Positions 49,201-58,478 are shown, counted from the first letter of the stretch. The stretch is DNA of 64,000 nt from Oscillospiraceae bacterium (GCA_015064955.1 SVRD01000002.1:14188-78187), one strand, 5' to 3'. The notes: generated from the letters alone by a model not told the origin. Numbers and translations: made by a program.

Positions 49201-50133
49201 CTATGTTTTATGATCAATTTTTGGTACTCTTTTTATCTTGCGGCTAATCCTCGTTATGAATTTTTTTATTGAAAAGGAGATTTGCAAAATACCATAACGT
49301 AATTTATAATCATAATATATTTTTTTCAAAAATGGACGCGAGTGGTTTTCGTATTTGATTCTGTATCGTAAGCACTCTACATTAAAGCGATATAGCGGCT
49401 CATATGTTTGAATAGTTCCCCAGTGCAACCATATCCCCTTCTCCGTCATATCAGCCCAATCGGTTTTATATTTCAACCTATCGTGCAAAATATCCGCTTT
49501 CAAATATGTAAGACATGGATACGCTGCCATCATATGCGGGACTTCATGTATAGCCTTCATGTTGTTCATCGGCATTGCAACGCCTAAAATACACTCGTCC
49601 TTAGATGCCGAGAACGAATGAAAGCGAAGCTGAGAATAATTGTCCGACAATTCCTTGCAGTTTTGGTACATTTTATTGAGACTATCGCTTTTTCTAATAA
49701 AACAAACACCGGCATGAACACGGGTTTTGTATTCCAAATTTTCGCCATATTTTCCGATATCTTCTACGTTATACCAAGTTCCGTATTTGCTGTGGCGATC
49801 GACATTGACACCTATCGCGGAAAAGTCCGTAGCATCCTTAAAAAAATCCCAATATTCATTCAAGTCTCCATATGCCAACGAATCCGCATCAAAGAAAATA
49901 GTTTCATCATATGGGCATAACTTCAATAATAAAAACTTGTCCATAAACGAATGCGTAGATTCGTCGGTAATAACTACATCGTCAAATAGCTTGGTATATT
50001 CATTTTCCTCTTCTGCTATAATAGCAAAAGGGTAACGCTCTTTTGCAAAAAAACGATAAGACATAAGTAAATTGGCCGCAATTTTATAATAATGCTCTTT
50101 TCCTGTTGCAATAGTTATAAAACCCCTTCTCAT
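49201..50133 (-). CDS. GT-A fold (GT8-like) glycosyltransferase, AT-rich
   Basis: GFITIATG...A..L..S, DK..L...PYDETIFFDADS (DxD). Confidence 0.65.
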   Translation of the reverse strand: MRRGFITIATGKEHYYKIAANLLMSYRFFAKERYPFAIIAEEENEYTKLFDDVVITDESTHSFMDKFLLLKLCPYDETIFFDADSLAYGDLNEYWDFFKDATDFSAIGVNVDRHSKYGTWYNVEDIGKYGENLEYKTRVHAGVCFIRKSDSLNKMYQNCKELSDNYSQLRFHSFSASKDECILGVAMPMNNMKAIHEVPHMMAAYPCLTYLKADILHDRLKYKTDWADMTEKGIWLHWGTIQTYEPLYRFNVECLRYRIKYENHSRPFLKKIYYDYKLRYGILQISFSIKKFITRISRKIKRVPKIDHKT

Positions 50134-50275
50134 AATACCATATCTCCATAAATCACCGTTTTTATAAATATATCATATTTTATATTTCTGTGCAAGTACA
50201 AATTCGTTCCACGCACATGTCGCGGATTTTTACAGATTTTGTTGAATAACAAACCCCGATCGTTTTACCTTATTG

Positions 50276-50475
50276 ACATACTGTGGAAAAAGGGGTAGAA
50301 TGAAAGCACAGTAACAAAAGGGAGAATGAACAATGAAAAAAGCGTTGATATTTTTACTTTTGACATGTCTGGTCGCGTCGCTTGCGGCTTGCGGCGGCGG
50401 AGAAAGCGAAAGCTCCTCGAAGGCGGAAGCGGTATCGAGCGAGAGTCCCGCCGAATCGTCCGCGGTATCCGAGCC
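50276..50475 (+). repeat. 200-bp direct repeat, copy 1 (promoter + RBS + lipoprotein signal/linker)
   Basis: About 7 mismatches against 51403-51602. Confidence 0.92.
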
Positions 50476-51367
50476 CGAGGTTAGTGAATCGCCTAACTAC
50501 ACTAGCGAAGTGCGCGAGGCGTTAAAACTTATTGAGGAAGGCAACTATGTAGATGCCTACAAGCTTCTTTATGACCAAAAATCCAATGACGATGCCAAAA
50601 AACTATTAGAAGACTTTATCTGGGTTTATGAAAAAGAAGATTTTGTGTCTTCTTACAGTTATTTCTACCCATATTCCGCCGAGTACATCTATGATGAAAA
50701 CGGAACATTGATCAAAAAGGTTTGCAATAATCTCATATTAGACTCCGTCCTTAATGTTGTTACCGAATACACCTACAACAACGGAAGGTTGATTAAAGAA
50801 ACACAAGTATCCACCCCTGAAAACCCAGATGTTCCTCAATCCACCGAAACCATCGACTATTTCTATGATGAAGCCGGAAGGTTGGTTAAAAGCGTTCATA
50901 CAAACTTCCAAGGTGGTATCGAAACCCGACACTACACGTATAACGAAAACGGAGATTTGATCAAAGAAATCCGTACACATACCGACAATGATGCGACATA
51001 TAATGCAGAGTATACTTACGACAAAAACGGAGATTTGATCGAAGAAGTTTATACAGACTTTTCCGGTACTACGGTGATCAATAACTATTCCTATGCAAGA
51101 AAGGGGCTTTTGGTAAAAGTAGTTTGTTCAGAATCCGAGGATGGCTCGCATACCATGAAAAAGCTCTATGAAATTGAAAAGATATATGACGCAAACGATA
51201 TGTTGTTTGTAGAAATCACGAAATATCCCGACGGCGATACCTCTGATTCCAAATACACCTACGACGAAAATGGAAATTTGATCAAACTCGTATATACCGA
51301 CGATAACCGCGATACAAGAACCTACGAATACAGCGAATACAAACTATTTTATAACCCCAAGAAATAA
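50333..51367 (+). CDS. Lipoprotein with YD/RHS-like beta-strand repeats
   Basis: Lipobox LAAC; Ser/Glu linker; repeated YxYDENGxLIK. Confidence 0.8.
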   Translation: MKKALIFLLLTCLVASLAACGGGESESSSKAEAVSSESPAESSAVSEPEVSESPNYTSEVREALKLIEEGNYVDAYKLLYDQKSNDDAKKLLEDFIWVYEKEDFVSSYSYFYPYSAEYIYDENGTLIKKVCNNLILDSVLNVVTEYTYNNGRLIKETQVSTPENPDVPQSTETIDYFYDEAGRLVKSVHTNFQGGIETRHYTYNENGDLIKEIRTHTDNDATYNAEYTYDKNGDLIEEVYTDFSGTTVINNYSYARKGLLVKVVCSESEDGSHTMKKLYEIEKIYDANDMLFVEITKYPDGDTSDSKYTYDENGNLIKLVYTDDNRDTRTYEYSEYKLFYNPKK

Positions 51368-51402
51368 CACACAAACCGATTTGACAAATACTCCGATCGG
51401 TT

Positions 51403-51602
51403 ACATACTGTGGAAAAAGGGGTAGAATGAAAGCACAGTAACAAAAGGAAGAATGAACAATGAAAAAAGCGTTGATATTTATACTTTTGACATGTCTGGT
51501 CGCGTCGCTTGCGGCTTGCGGTGGCGGAGAGAGCGAAAACTCCTCGAAGGCGGAACCGGTATCAAGCGAGAGTCCCGCCGAATCGTCCGCGGTATCCGAG
51601 CC
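51403..51602 (+). repeat. 200-bp direct repeat, copy 2
   Basis: Near-identical to 50276-50475, but the -35 reads GTTACA instead of TTGACA. Confidence 0.92.
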
Positions 51603-52098
51603 TATTTCGGAATCCGAAAGCTCGGTCGCTGACGAATCGAGCGAAATCGTCGGCGAGGAAAGCGAAAACGTATCCGAACCCGAAGCAAGCGAACCCGAAG
51701 CAAGCGAACCCGAAGCAAGCGAACCCGAGGAATTTGACGTCGGCACGCTTATCGGCAGCTGGAAGCGGATCGGTGTCGAGGTCGAGGGCGACGTGAACGA
51801 CGGCGGCAACTGCACGATCACCATCACCGGCACGAGCAAGGACGACTTGAAGATCAGCTACGACGACAAGGACTTCACCGACAATTCATTTTCGGACAAG
51901 ACGGTTACGATCGTCGACAGCGGAAGCGACACCGATCTTTCAGAGGGCGAATGGTACGCGGTCATCGACCACGTCGGACCGTTTGAAACCACCTATGATT
52001 TCGAAATCGCAGAGGACGGAACGCTTGTATTTTACAACAACTTTGAAATCGACGGCGCGCCTGCCATAAGCGTCGAAATCTTCGAGAAGGCAGAATAA
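51460..52098 (+). CDS. Acidic lipoprotein (lipocalin-like C-terminus by inference)
   Basis: Same signal/lipobox as 50333; EPEAS repeats; LIGSWK motif. Confidence 0.78.
   Translation: MKKALIFILLTCLVASLAACGGGESENSSKAEPVSSESPAESSAVSEPISESESSVADESSEIVGEESENVSEPEASEPEASEPEASEPEEFDVGTLIGSWKRIGVEVEGDVNDGGNCTITITGTSKDDLKISYDDKDFTDNSFSDKTVTIVDSGSDTDLSEGEWYAVIDHVGPFETTYDFEIAEDGTLVFYNNFEIDGAPAISVEIFEKAE
51675..51728 (+). repeat. In-frame 15-bp tandem repeat (EPEAS x3.6)
   Basis: CGAACCCGAAGCAAG x3 plus a partial unit. Confidence 0.9.
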
Positions 52099-52102
52099 AG
52101 AG

Positions 52103-52133
52103 AAAACCGATTTGGAATCACCAAATCGGTTTT
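52103..52133. terminator. AACCGATTTG hairpin, identical to 54559-54589
   Basis: AAAACCGATTTGG-aatca-CCAAATCGGTTTT. Confidence 0.8.
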
Positions 52134-52344
52134 ATTTTTCGTCGCTCAGTCCGAGAATATAATCGGTGCTGACGTTATAAAGCTTCGCAAGCGTGATCAA
52201 ATGGCGTATCGGGAGCTCGTTTGCGCCGCGCTCATAACGCGCATACATCGTTTGCGAGGTGCAAAGTATTTCGGCAATTTCCTGTTGCGTTTTGTCGTGA
52301 TCCTCGCGCAGATCGCGAAGTCTTTTCAGATAACCCGCCTTCAT
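52132..52344 (-). CDS. Small XRE-family HTH regulator
   Basis: RLRDLREDHDKTQQEIA..L...QTMYARYERG...YNVSTDYILG. Confidence 0.88.
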   Translation of the reverse strand: MKAGYLKRLRDLREDHDKTQQEIAEILCTSQTMYARYERGANELPIRHLITLAKLYNVSTDYILGLSDEK

Positions 52345-52388
52345 CGCGCATCTCCTTTTATCTTCTCTGTGCTTATTATATCAAGTAA

Positions 52389-52429
52389 AAATATTTACTA
52401 TTGACATTAGTAAATATTTGTACTATAAT
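52389..52429 (+). promoter_or_regulatory. Consensus sigmaA promoter covered by a 12-bp-arm operator palindrome
   Basis: TTGACA-17 bp-TATAAT (52401-52429); AAATATTTACTA-ttgacat-TAGTAAATATTT. Confidence 0.75.
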
Positions 52430-52633
52430 TTGTTCAAAACAAGAGAAAATGGCACAAAAGCGGCAAAACTCAACGCACGGTTTATAAACTTCGCGTTGAT
52501 ATACGATTACAAAGCCGCAAAACAGCGGGATATGAACGTCACGACTAAACTCTGCGGTTATTGATTATTCGTCAAATCCGTAGTATACTTAATCCGACGT
52601 ACACCGCGGCATAAAAACGGGAGGAAATCAGAA

Positions 52634-53854
52634 ATGAACAACCAAAAGACAGAAAATATCGGCAGGATAATCGCAGAAAAGCGAAAGCTCGCCGGAATGA
52701 CACAGGAGGCGCTCGCCTCGAAGCTGAATATCACCCCGCAAGCGATCTCAAAATGGGAAAACGGAGTCGGTTTGCCCGATCTGACACTTGTTCCGCAGAT
52801 CGCCTCGACACTCGGGATATCGTTATCCGAGCTTTTCGGCGCAGAGGAATCACGCCAAGCACCTGTCCCCCGCGAATATATGGGATTGAGCTTGATATCG
52901 ACCAACGGTAAACGCGCGGTATATTCGAGCAAGTCTGTACTTTCGGTCCGTGCGGGCGACGTTACCTTTACCGACGGAAGCAGTGCCGATATTCTGACAA
53001 ACACCGTCATCAACTGCGGCTCGGGCGAGATACGCATTTTCGACCTTTACGATATAATCCCCGATACTTCGATCGGCGGATATGAGCGCGACACTATGAC
53101 AAAGCTGTTCGGCGTCACTCACTCGCTCGAAATTTCCAATTCGACGATGTGCAATATCGAGATAATCCGCGGCAACGACGGCGAAACGAAAATCACCGCC
53201 GAGGGAAGCAAGCTGTTTTTGGAGCGTTTGGAGATTGCGGAGTCGAACGGAGTGCTCGTCGTCAACGCACAGCAATACACAAAAAATTCATCGGAAACCG
53301 AAAACCGCATAACTATCGCAGTCGGTTATGAAAGCGGCAAATTCTTCGATGCAAAGATAAGCGGTTGCGGCTCGGTAAAATCGGTTCAGTCCTTTGACCG
53401 CGCCGAGCTCACGGTAAACGGATCGGGCGAGATCAACGCGCGCAATATCGGTGACTGCAAGGTGACTATTGCGGGCTCGGGACAGATCGCAACCGAGGAC
53501 GTGAGCGAATCGCTCGACGTTACGATAAGCGGCTCGGGCGCGGTGGCTTGCGCGAACGTACACAACCTGACTGCTCGTATTTCGGGCTCGGGCGATCTTG
53601 CTGCTATGCGGCTGGACGGATTTTTGAACGCGAAGATATCGGGCTGCGGAAATATTGCCTGCACGGGCGGCGAGGTCGAGTCCTTTAACGCCGCAATCAG
53701 CGGAATGGGCGATCTGGCTTGCGAAAGGCTCACTGTGCGGGACGCGGATATTTCCATACGCGGAAGCGGAAATATTTCGATCGGCAGAATAATCGGAAAA
53801 TCGGTGGAAAAGCTATCGAGAGCATCGACTCTGACAGTCGGAAAGCGCGGATAG
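52634..53854 (+). CDS. XRE HTH fused to a GIN/DUF2807/DUF4097-like beta-solenoid
   Basis: MTQEALA...QAISKWENG..LPD, followed by repeated (I/V)SGSGxI strands. Confidence 0.8.
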   Translation: MNNQKTENIGRIIAEKRKLAGMTQEALASKLNITPQAISKWENGVGLPDLTLVPQIASTLGISLSELFGAEESRQAPVPREYMGLSLISTNGKRAVYSSKSVLSVRAGDVTFTDGSSADILTNTVINCGSGEIRIFDLYDIIPDTSIGGYERDTMTKLFGVTHSLEISNSTMCNIEIIRGNDGETKITAEGSKLFLERLEIAESNGVLVVNAQQYTKNSSETENRITIAVGYESGKFFDAKISGCGSVKSVQSFDRAELTVNGSGEINARNIGDCKVTIAGSGQIATEDVSESLDVTISGSGAVACANVHNLTARISGSGDLAAMRLDGFLNAKISGCGNIACTGGEVESFNAAISGMGDLACERLTVRDADISIRGSGNISIGRIIGKSVEKLSRASTLTVGKRG

Positions 53855-53950
53855 AACTATATTTTTAAATTTTTCCGCAAAATATTGTGACAAAACCGCA
53901 ATTCAGGCGTCTATATGTGTGTAAACGATATTTTCGGAGGAAAAAAAACA

Positions 53951-54553
53951 ATGAAAAAATGCATTATTATTCTTTTGATTGCGGCTCTGTCCGTTTGTGC
54001 ACTCGTCTCCTGCAAGGAAGACAAAGAAATTTCTGTTGACGAAAGCAGCTCGGCAGCAGAGCAGAGCGCCTCGGAGTCAGTCACCGAAAGCTCGGTCGCT
54101 GACGAATCGAGCGAAGAACCCGAAAGCGAAACCGTAAGCGAAGAATCGAAGGTTCCGACGGGTGAAGAGATCGACGTTACGATAAGCACAGAATACGCAA
54201 GCGACGCACTTCTCGCAGACAAGGATTCCTATATTTTATACGACGATCCCGACGAAGATTTTTCAAAAATCGCGTTCACGACCGACACCGAGGTAAAGAA
54301 TTTTAGATATTTCAGTATAATCTCGACAGACACCTGGTCGGACGACGGTGCACCCAAGGTTGACACTGTGCTCTATACGCTTGAAAGCTTCACTCCCGAT
54401 ATGATATTTGTCGCCGAAGCAGTCTTTGCCGACGTTTATGCAATAAGAGGAATCTCCTTTGAGGACGCAAACGGCAATATTCAGTATTACAGTCTTTACG
54501 ACAGCGCAGTCGACGCCACTATCGGCTTGCAGAAGTCCGACATCGCGGAATAA
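53951..54553 (+). CDS. Acidic lipoprotein
   Basis: MKK signal, lipobox LVSC, Ser/Glu linker sharing 32 identical bp with the 51460 gene. Confidence 0.75.
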   Translation: MKKCIIILLIAALSVCALVSCKEDKEISVDESSSAAEQSASESVTESSVADESSEEPESETVSEESKVPTGEEIDVTISTEYASDALLADKDSYILYDDPDEDFSKIAFTTDTEVKNFRYFSIISTDTWSDDGAPKVDTVLYTLESFTPDMIFVAEAVFADVYAIRGISFEDANGNIQYYSLYDSAVDATIGLQKSDIAE

Positions 54554-54558
54554 AACAA

Positions 54559-54728
54559 AAAACCGATTTGGAATCACCAAATCGGTTTTTCTTATCCCAA
54601 AAGCAAGGGGGTGCTTTGGGGGTGGTCCCGCTTCCAAGGGGAGAAATGAAAGCGGGAGTCAAGGAGATACACATTTATGAAAAAATCTTACTCAAATAAA
54701 CGAAGAGATTGTCGCCAAGACGACTGTA
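54559..54728 (-). ncRNA. Candidate C-rich small RNA / structured 3' UTR
   Basis: Two hairpins with C-rich loops (AUUUCUCCCCUU, CCCCCU), single-stranded UAUCUCCUU, ending in a terminator. Confidence 0.4.
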
Positions 54729-56435
54729 TTACATAGGAGAGCCGTCTTTTGCGCGGCGGATCTTTTTGGACGAGGTGATAACAAAGGGAGTTTCGCGAAT
54801 GATAACCTTTGTTACCTGCTTGTAGGTGGGGAGCTTTTCGAGGGTTGCAAACACGTCGTGCTTCAATTTTGCCTCGAGTGCTTCCTTGCCCTCTTTTTCG
54901 AGAAGCTCGGGATCGACAGAGCACTGTACAGCAAGTGCGCCCTCGCTTCCGTCTTCATCGCGGTATGCATAAACGATATTTTCGAGAACGTAGGGGATAC
55001 CGCCGATATAATCCTCCAATTCCTCGGGATAGATATTTTTGCCGTTGCCGAGAATGATTATATTCTTCTTTCTGCCGGTGATAAGGATCTGACCCTTTTT
55101 GTTCACCTTACCGAAGTCGCCGGTACGGAAATAGCCGTCGGCGGTGAATACCTCTGCGGTTGCTTCGGGGTTTTTGTAGTAGCCGAGCATTACGATATCG
55201 CCCTTGACGCAGATCTCGCCCTCGCCGTCCTCGTTGGGATCGTCGATGCGGACGTCGACACATTCCATCGGGAAGCCGACGGTTTTGGGATCGTTGACAA
55301 AGTCGGTATTTACCGAAACGAGAGGCGAGCATTCGGTGATGCCGTAGCCGTTGGTGCAGATGATACCGATATCCTCGAAGAAGTCTGCGATCTCTGCACG
55401 GAGAGGTGCGCCGCCGCAAACGAGCTTTTCAAGTCTGCCGCCCAATGCGTTATGAAGCTCTGCAAATATCTTTCTTCTTATATCGATACCGATAGCGCGG
55501 AGGAAGCGCGAAAGCTTGATCGCGATCTTTATTGTCTTTGCCTTGCCCTTTTCCTCGATACTTGCCCACATTCTGCGGTAGAGAACCTCCATAAGTGCGG
55601 GAACAACGTACATATACTGAGGCTGATAGAGCGCAAGGTTTTTAACGATACGCTTCAAGCTGTCGTTGATGCAAAGGGTGGCGTGGCGGTGGATCGCAAC
55701 GAGAATACCCGCAACCGCCTCGTAGGAATGGTGGTAAGGAAGCACCGAAAGTCCGACGTCGCGGATGGAAGCGAGCTTCAAGCCGTAGTGAACAAGCGAA
55801 AGGAGATTGTGCTCGGAAAGCATAACACCCTTTGCAAGTCCTGTCGTGCCCGAGGTGTATATAAGCATTTTGAGCGCATTAAGATCCTTGGTCTGCATAT
55901 TGCAGAATTCGTATTCGCCCTCCTCATAAAGCTTTTTGCCCTTTTCGAGAAGCTTATTGAAGGAAAGGAAGATGCCGTCGTCCTCTTCTCTGTCGAAGCA
56001 AACGAAATATTTAACGTTGGGGAGCTGTTCGATAATATTGCGGAAGCTTTCCTCGCGCTTTTTATCGCAGAATACGATATCGTCGTCACCGCCGTGGATA
56101 ACGTTTACAAAGTCGCTGTCGGGGAGCTCCTTGTCGATAGGACAGAAAACGCCCTCGCTCTGAAGCGCGGTGAGATATACGAGGATCCAATTATAGCTGT
56201 TCTCGCCCGAGCAGCCGATATGACCGCGTGCCATACCGAGCGAATTGAGCGCGGTGCCGAGATAGAATGTTTCTTTTTGGAATTCGGCGAAGCTTACCTC
56301 ACGGATACCCTCTTTTGTGCGGTATTTGAATGCGATTCTTTCTGCCGCCTCGTCAACCGCGATCTGTAAAAGATGCTTCATGCTTTCGGGCCTTTTGAGC
56401 TCGGGAGAATTCTTCGCCAACACGTTTCTTGCCAT
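54729..56435 (-). CDS. Long-chain fatty acid--CoA ligase (AMP-binding)
   Basis: YTSGTTGLAKG, NGYGITE, FRTGD, GRKKN...GKNIYPEE. Confidence 0.9.
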   Translation of the reverse strand: MARNVLAKNSPELKRPESMKHLLQIAVDEAAERIAFKYRTKEGIREVSFAEFQKETFYLGTALNSLGMARGHIGCSGENSYNWILVYLTALQSEGVFCPIDKELPDSDFVNVIHGGDDDIVFCDKKREESFRNIIEQLPNVKYFVCFDREEDDGIFLSFNKLLEKGKKLYEEGEYEFCNMQTKDLNALKMLIYTSGTTGLAKGVMLSEHNLLSLVHYGLKLASIRDVGLSVLPYHHSYEAVAGILVAIHRHATLCINDSLKRIVKNLALYQPQYMYVVPALMEVLYRRMWASIEEKGKAKTIKIAIKLSRFLRAIGIDIRRKIFAELHNALGGRLEKLVCGGAPLRAEIADFFEDIGIICTNGYGITECSPLVSVNTDFVNDPKTVGFPMECVDVRIDDPNEDGEGEICVKGDIVMLGYYKNPEATAEVFTADGYFRTGDFGKVNKKGQILITGRKKNIIILGNGKNIYPEELEDYIGGIPYVLENIVYAYRDEDGSEGALAVQCSVDPELLEKEGKEALEAKLKHDVFATLEKLPTYKQVTKVIIRETPFVITSSKKIRRAKDGSPM

Positions 56436-56616
56436 TGTACGCATTACTCCTTACAAATCTGATTGTTATTTCGTTGACTATTATACATAGTTTTGAAAAC
56501 TATGTCAACAGTTTTTATAAATTATTTTTTGTTTTTTGTAAAAGATTCTGCTTGTTCTGTTGACAATATTGTTAATTGATGCTATGATATCTCAAAAGAT
56601 ACAAAACGGAGCAGAT

Positions 56617-57153
56617 ATGAACATAAAAAACGACGAGCTTATGAACCTACACCTGCCGCGGTGGGAGGAGTTCCCTACCTTTGAATTATATATCGATCAG
56701 GTGCTGGCGTTTATTTGCGACAGGCTTGAAATATTCAACCGTACCCCCGACGAGCCGTTTATAACTCAGTCGATGGTGAACAACTACGTCAAAAACGGTG
56801 TGCTTCTGCCCCCGATAAAAAAGAAATACAACCGCGAGCATCTCGCAAAGCTCGCTGTGATCTGTATCGCAAAGCGTATGCTTCCCCTCTCGTATATTTC
56901 GGAGGCGATAACGGTTATGTCGCGGGTATATGAGATCGGAGAGGGCTACAACGCCTTCTGCGATGAGGTGGAATACGAGGTAAAAAGCGCACTTTCGCCC
57001 GAGGAATACCCTCCGCGCGCGATATTTGATGCCGAAAGCCGCAATCTCGCGATGTTCCGCTCGCTCGCGTCGGCTGTCGCAAGAGTTTTGGTATGCGACC
57101 GTATCATCGAACGCCGCAGAAGAATCAGCAATATCGCTCTGAACAACAAATAA
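56617..57153 (+). CDS. DUF1836-family putative regulator
   Basis: LPRWEE.P...LYIDQV...T.SMVNNYVK.G...PP.KKKY...H. Confidence 0.85.
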   Translation: MNIKNDELMNLHLPRWEEFPTFELYIDQVLAFICDRLEIFNRTPDEPFITQSMVNNYVKNGVLLPPIKKKYNREHLAKLAVICIAKRMLPLSYISEAITVMSRVYEIGEGYNAFCDEVEYEVKSALSPEEYPPRAIFDAESRNLAMFRSLASAVARVLVCDRIIERRRRISNIALNNK

Positions 57154-57158
57154 TCAAA

Positions 57159-57196
57159 CACGCTTTCCGCGAACAAAACGGAAAGCGTGCTTTTTT
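57159..57196. terminator. Bidirectional terminator
   Basis: CACGCTTTCCG...CGGAAAGCGTG followed by a T-tract. Confidence 0.7.
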
Positions 57197-57237
57197 AATC
57201 GTTATTTCAAAGTTGCTTGGAGATTTTCGACCGATAA

Positions 57238-58464
57238 TTATCTTATCTGACCGTTTCCCTCGATAACGTATTTATAGGTAGTCATCTCGGGCAAGCCCAT
57301 CGGGCCGCGGGCGTGCATTTTTTGGGTGGAAATGCCGATTTCGGCACCGAAGCCGAACTCCTCGCCGTCGGTGAAGCGGGTCGATGCGTTTACGTACACC
57401 GCCGCCGCGTCGATACGGCTGCAGAAATATTCCGCGTTTTCGCTGTTTTCGGTGATTATCGCCTCGCTGTGACCTGTTCCGTGGATATTGATATGCTCTA
57501 CCGCCTCGCAAACCGAGCCGACGACCTTTACCGAAAGGATATAATCGTTGTATTCGGTGAAGAAATCCTCGTCGGTCGCCCTCTCGCAATCAATGATTTC
57601 GGCAGTTTTTTCACAACCGCGGAGAATCACGTTATCGAGTCTTGCCTTAACAAGCGGTAGAATCTTGCTTGCGATCTTTTCGTGAACAAGAAGACTTTCC
57701 GCCGCGTTACACACCGAGGGGCGCTGACGCTTTGCGTTGTCAATGATCTCTATCGCCTTTTCGATATCGGCGCTTTCGTCGATAAACACGTGGCAGTTGC
57801 CCGCACCGGTTTCGATAACCGGAACGGTTGCGTTTTCGACTACCGAGCGTATAAGCGATTTGCCGCCGCGCGGGATAAGCAGATCAATACTTCCCTTCAT
57901 CTTCATCAAACGGTTTGCCGTCTCACGAGAAGTATCGGGGATCACCGCGACACAGTCCTTGGGCAGACCGATTCCGAAAAGCGCATCGGAAAGCACCTCG
58001 GCGATCTTCAGATTCGAGTCGATCGCCTCCTTGCCGCCGCGCAATATTACCGCGTTGCCCGATTTCACACAAAGCGCCGCCGCATCTGCGGTGACGTTGG
58101 GGCGCGCCTCGTAGATAATTGCGATAACGCCGAAGGGAACACGCTTTTTTGTTATTTTCAGCCCGTTGGGGCGGGTGAATTTTTCGCTGTTTTCGAGCGG
58201 GTCGGGCAGAGCGATAACCTTTCTCACACTTGCCGCAATAGCATTTATACGGGCAGATGTAAGAGTAAGACGGTCGAGCATCGCTTCGCTCATATTATTC
58301 TCTCTCGCACGCTTGATATCGAGCTCGTTCGCCACGATTATCTCATCACATCTTGCAACAAGCGCGCAAGCCATCGCCTCGAGTGCCTCGTTGCGCTTTG
58401 CGCTGTCGGTGTTTCCGAGCACAAAGGAAGCCTCTCTTGCGTTTTTACACATTATATCGAGCAT
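57238..58464 (-). CDS. proA: Gamma-glutamyl phosphate reductase
   Basis: IYEARPNVT, LRGGKEA, IPRGG, GNCH, VCNAAE, NASTRFTDG, HARGPMGL. Confidence 0.95.
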   Translation of the reverse strand: MLDIMCKNAREASFVLGNTDSAKRNEALEAMACALVARCDEIIVANELDIKRARENNMSEAMLDRLTLTSARINAIAASVRKVIALPDPLENSEKFTRPNGLKITKKRVPFGVIAIIYEARPNVTADAAALCVKSGNAVILRGGKEAIDSNLKIAEVLSDALFGIGLPKDCVAVIPDTSRETANRLMKMKGSIDLLIPRGGKSLIRSVVENATVPVIETGAGNCHVFIDESADIEKAIEIIDNAKRQRPSVCNAAESLLVHEKIASKILPLVKARLDNVILRGCEKTAEIIDCERATDEDFFTEYNDYILSVKVVGSVCEAVEHINIHGTGHSEAIITENSENAEYFCSRIDAAAVYVNASTRFTDGEEFGFGAEIGISTQKMHARGPMGLPEMTTYKYVIEGNGQIR

Positions 58465-58478
58465 AAGAATCCTCCTGT

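Noticed and set aside
50333-51367. Rhs polymorphic toxin
   Set aside because: Short lipoprotein with no Rhs core DPxG motif, toxin tip or immunity gene
54600-54620. attR copy of tRNA-Val (GCAAGGGG match)
   Set aside because: Only 8 bp match, and the tRNA 3' end (TTCAAGTCC...CCA) is not repeated
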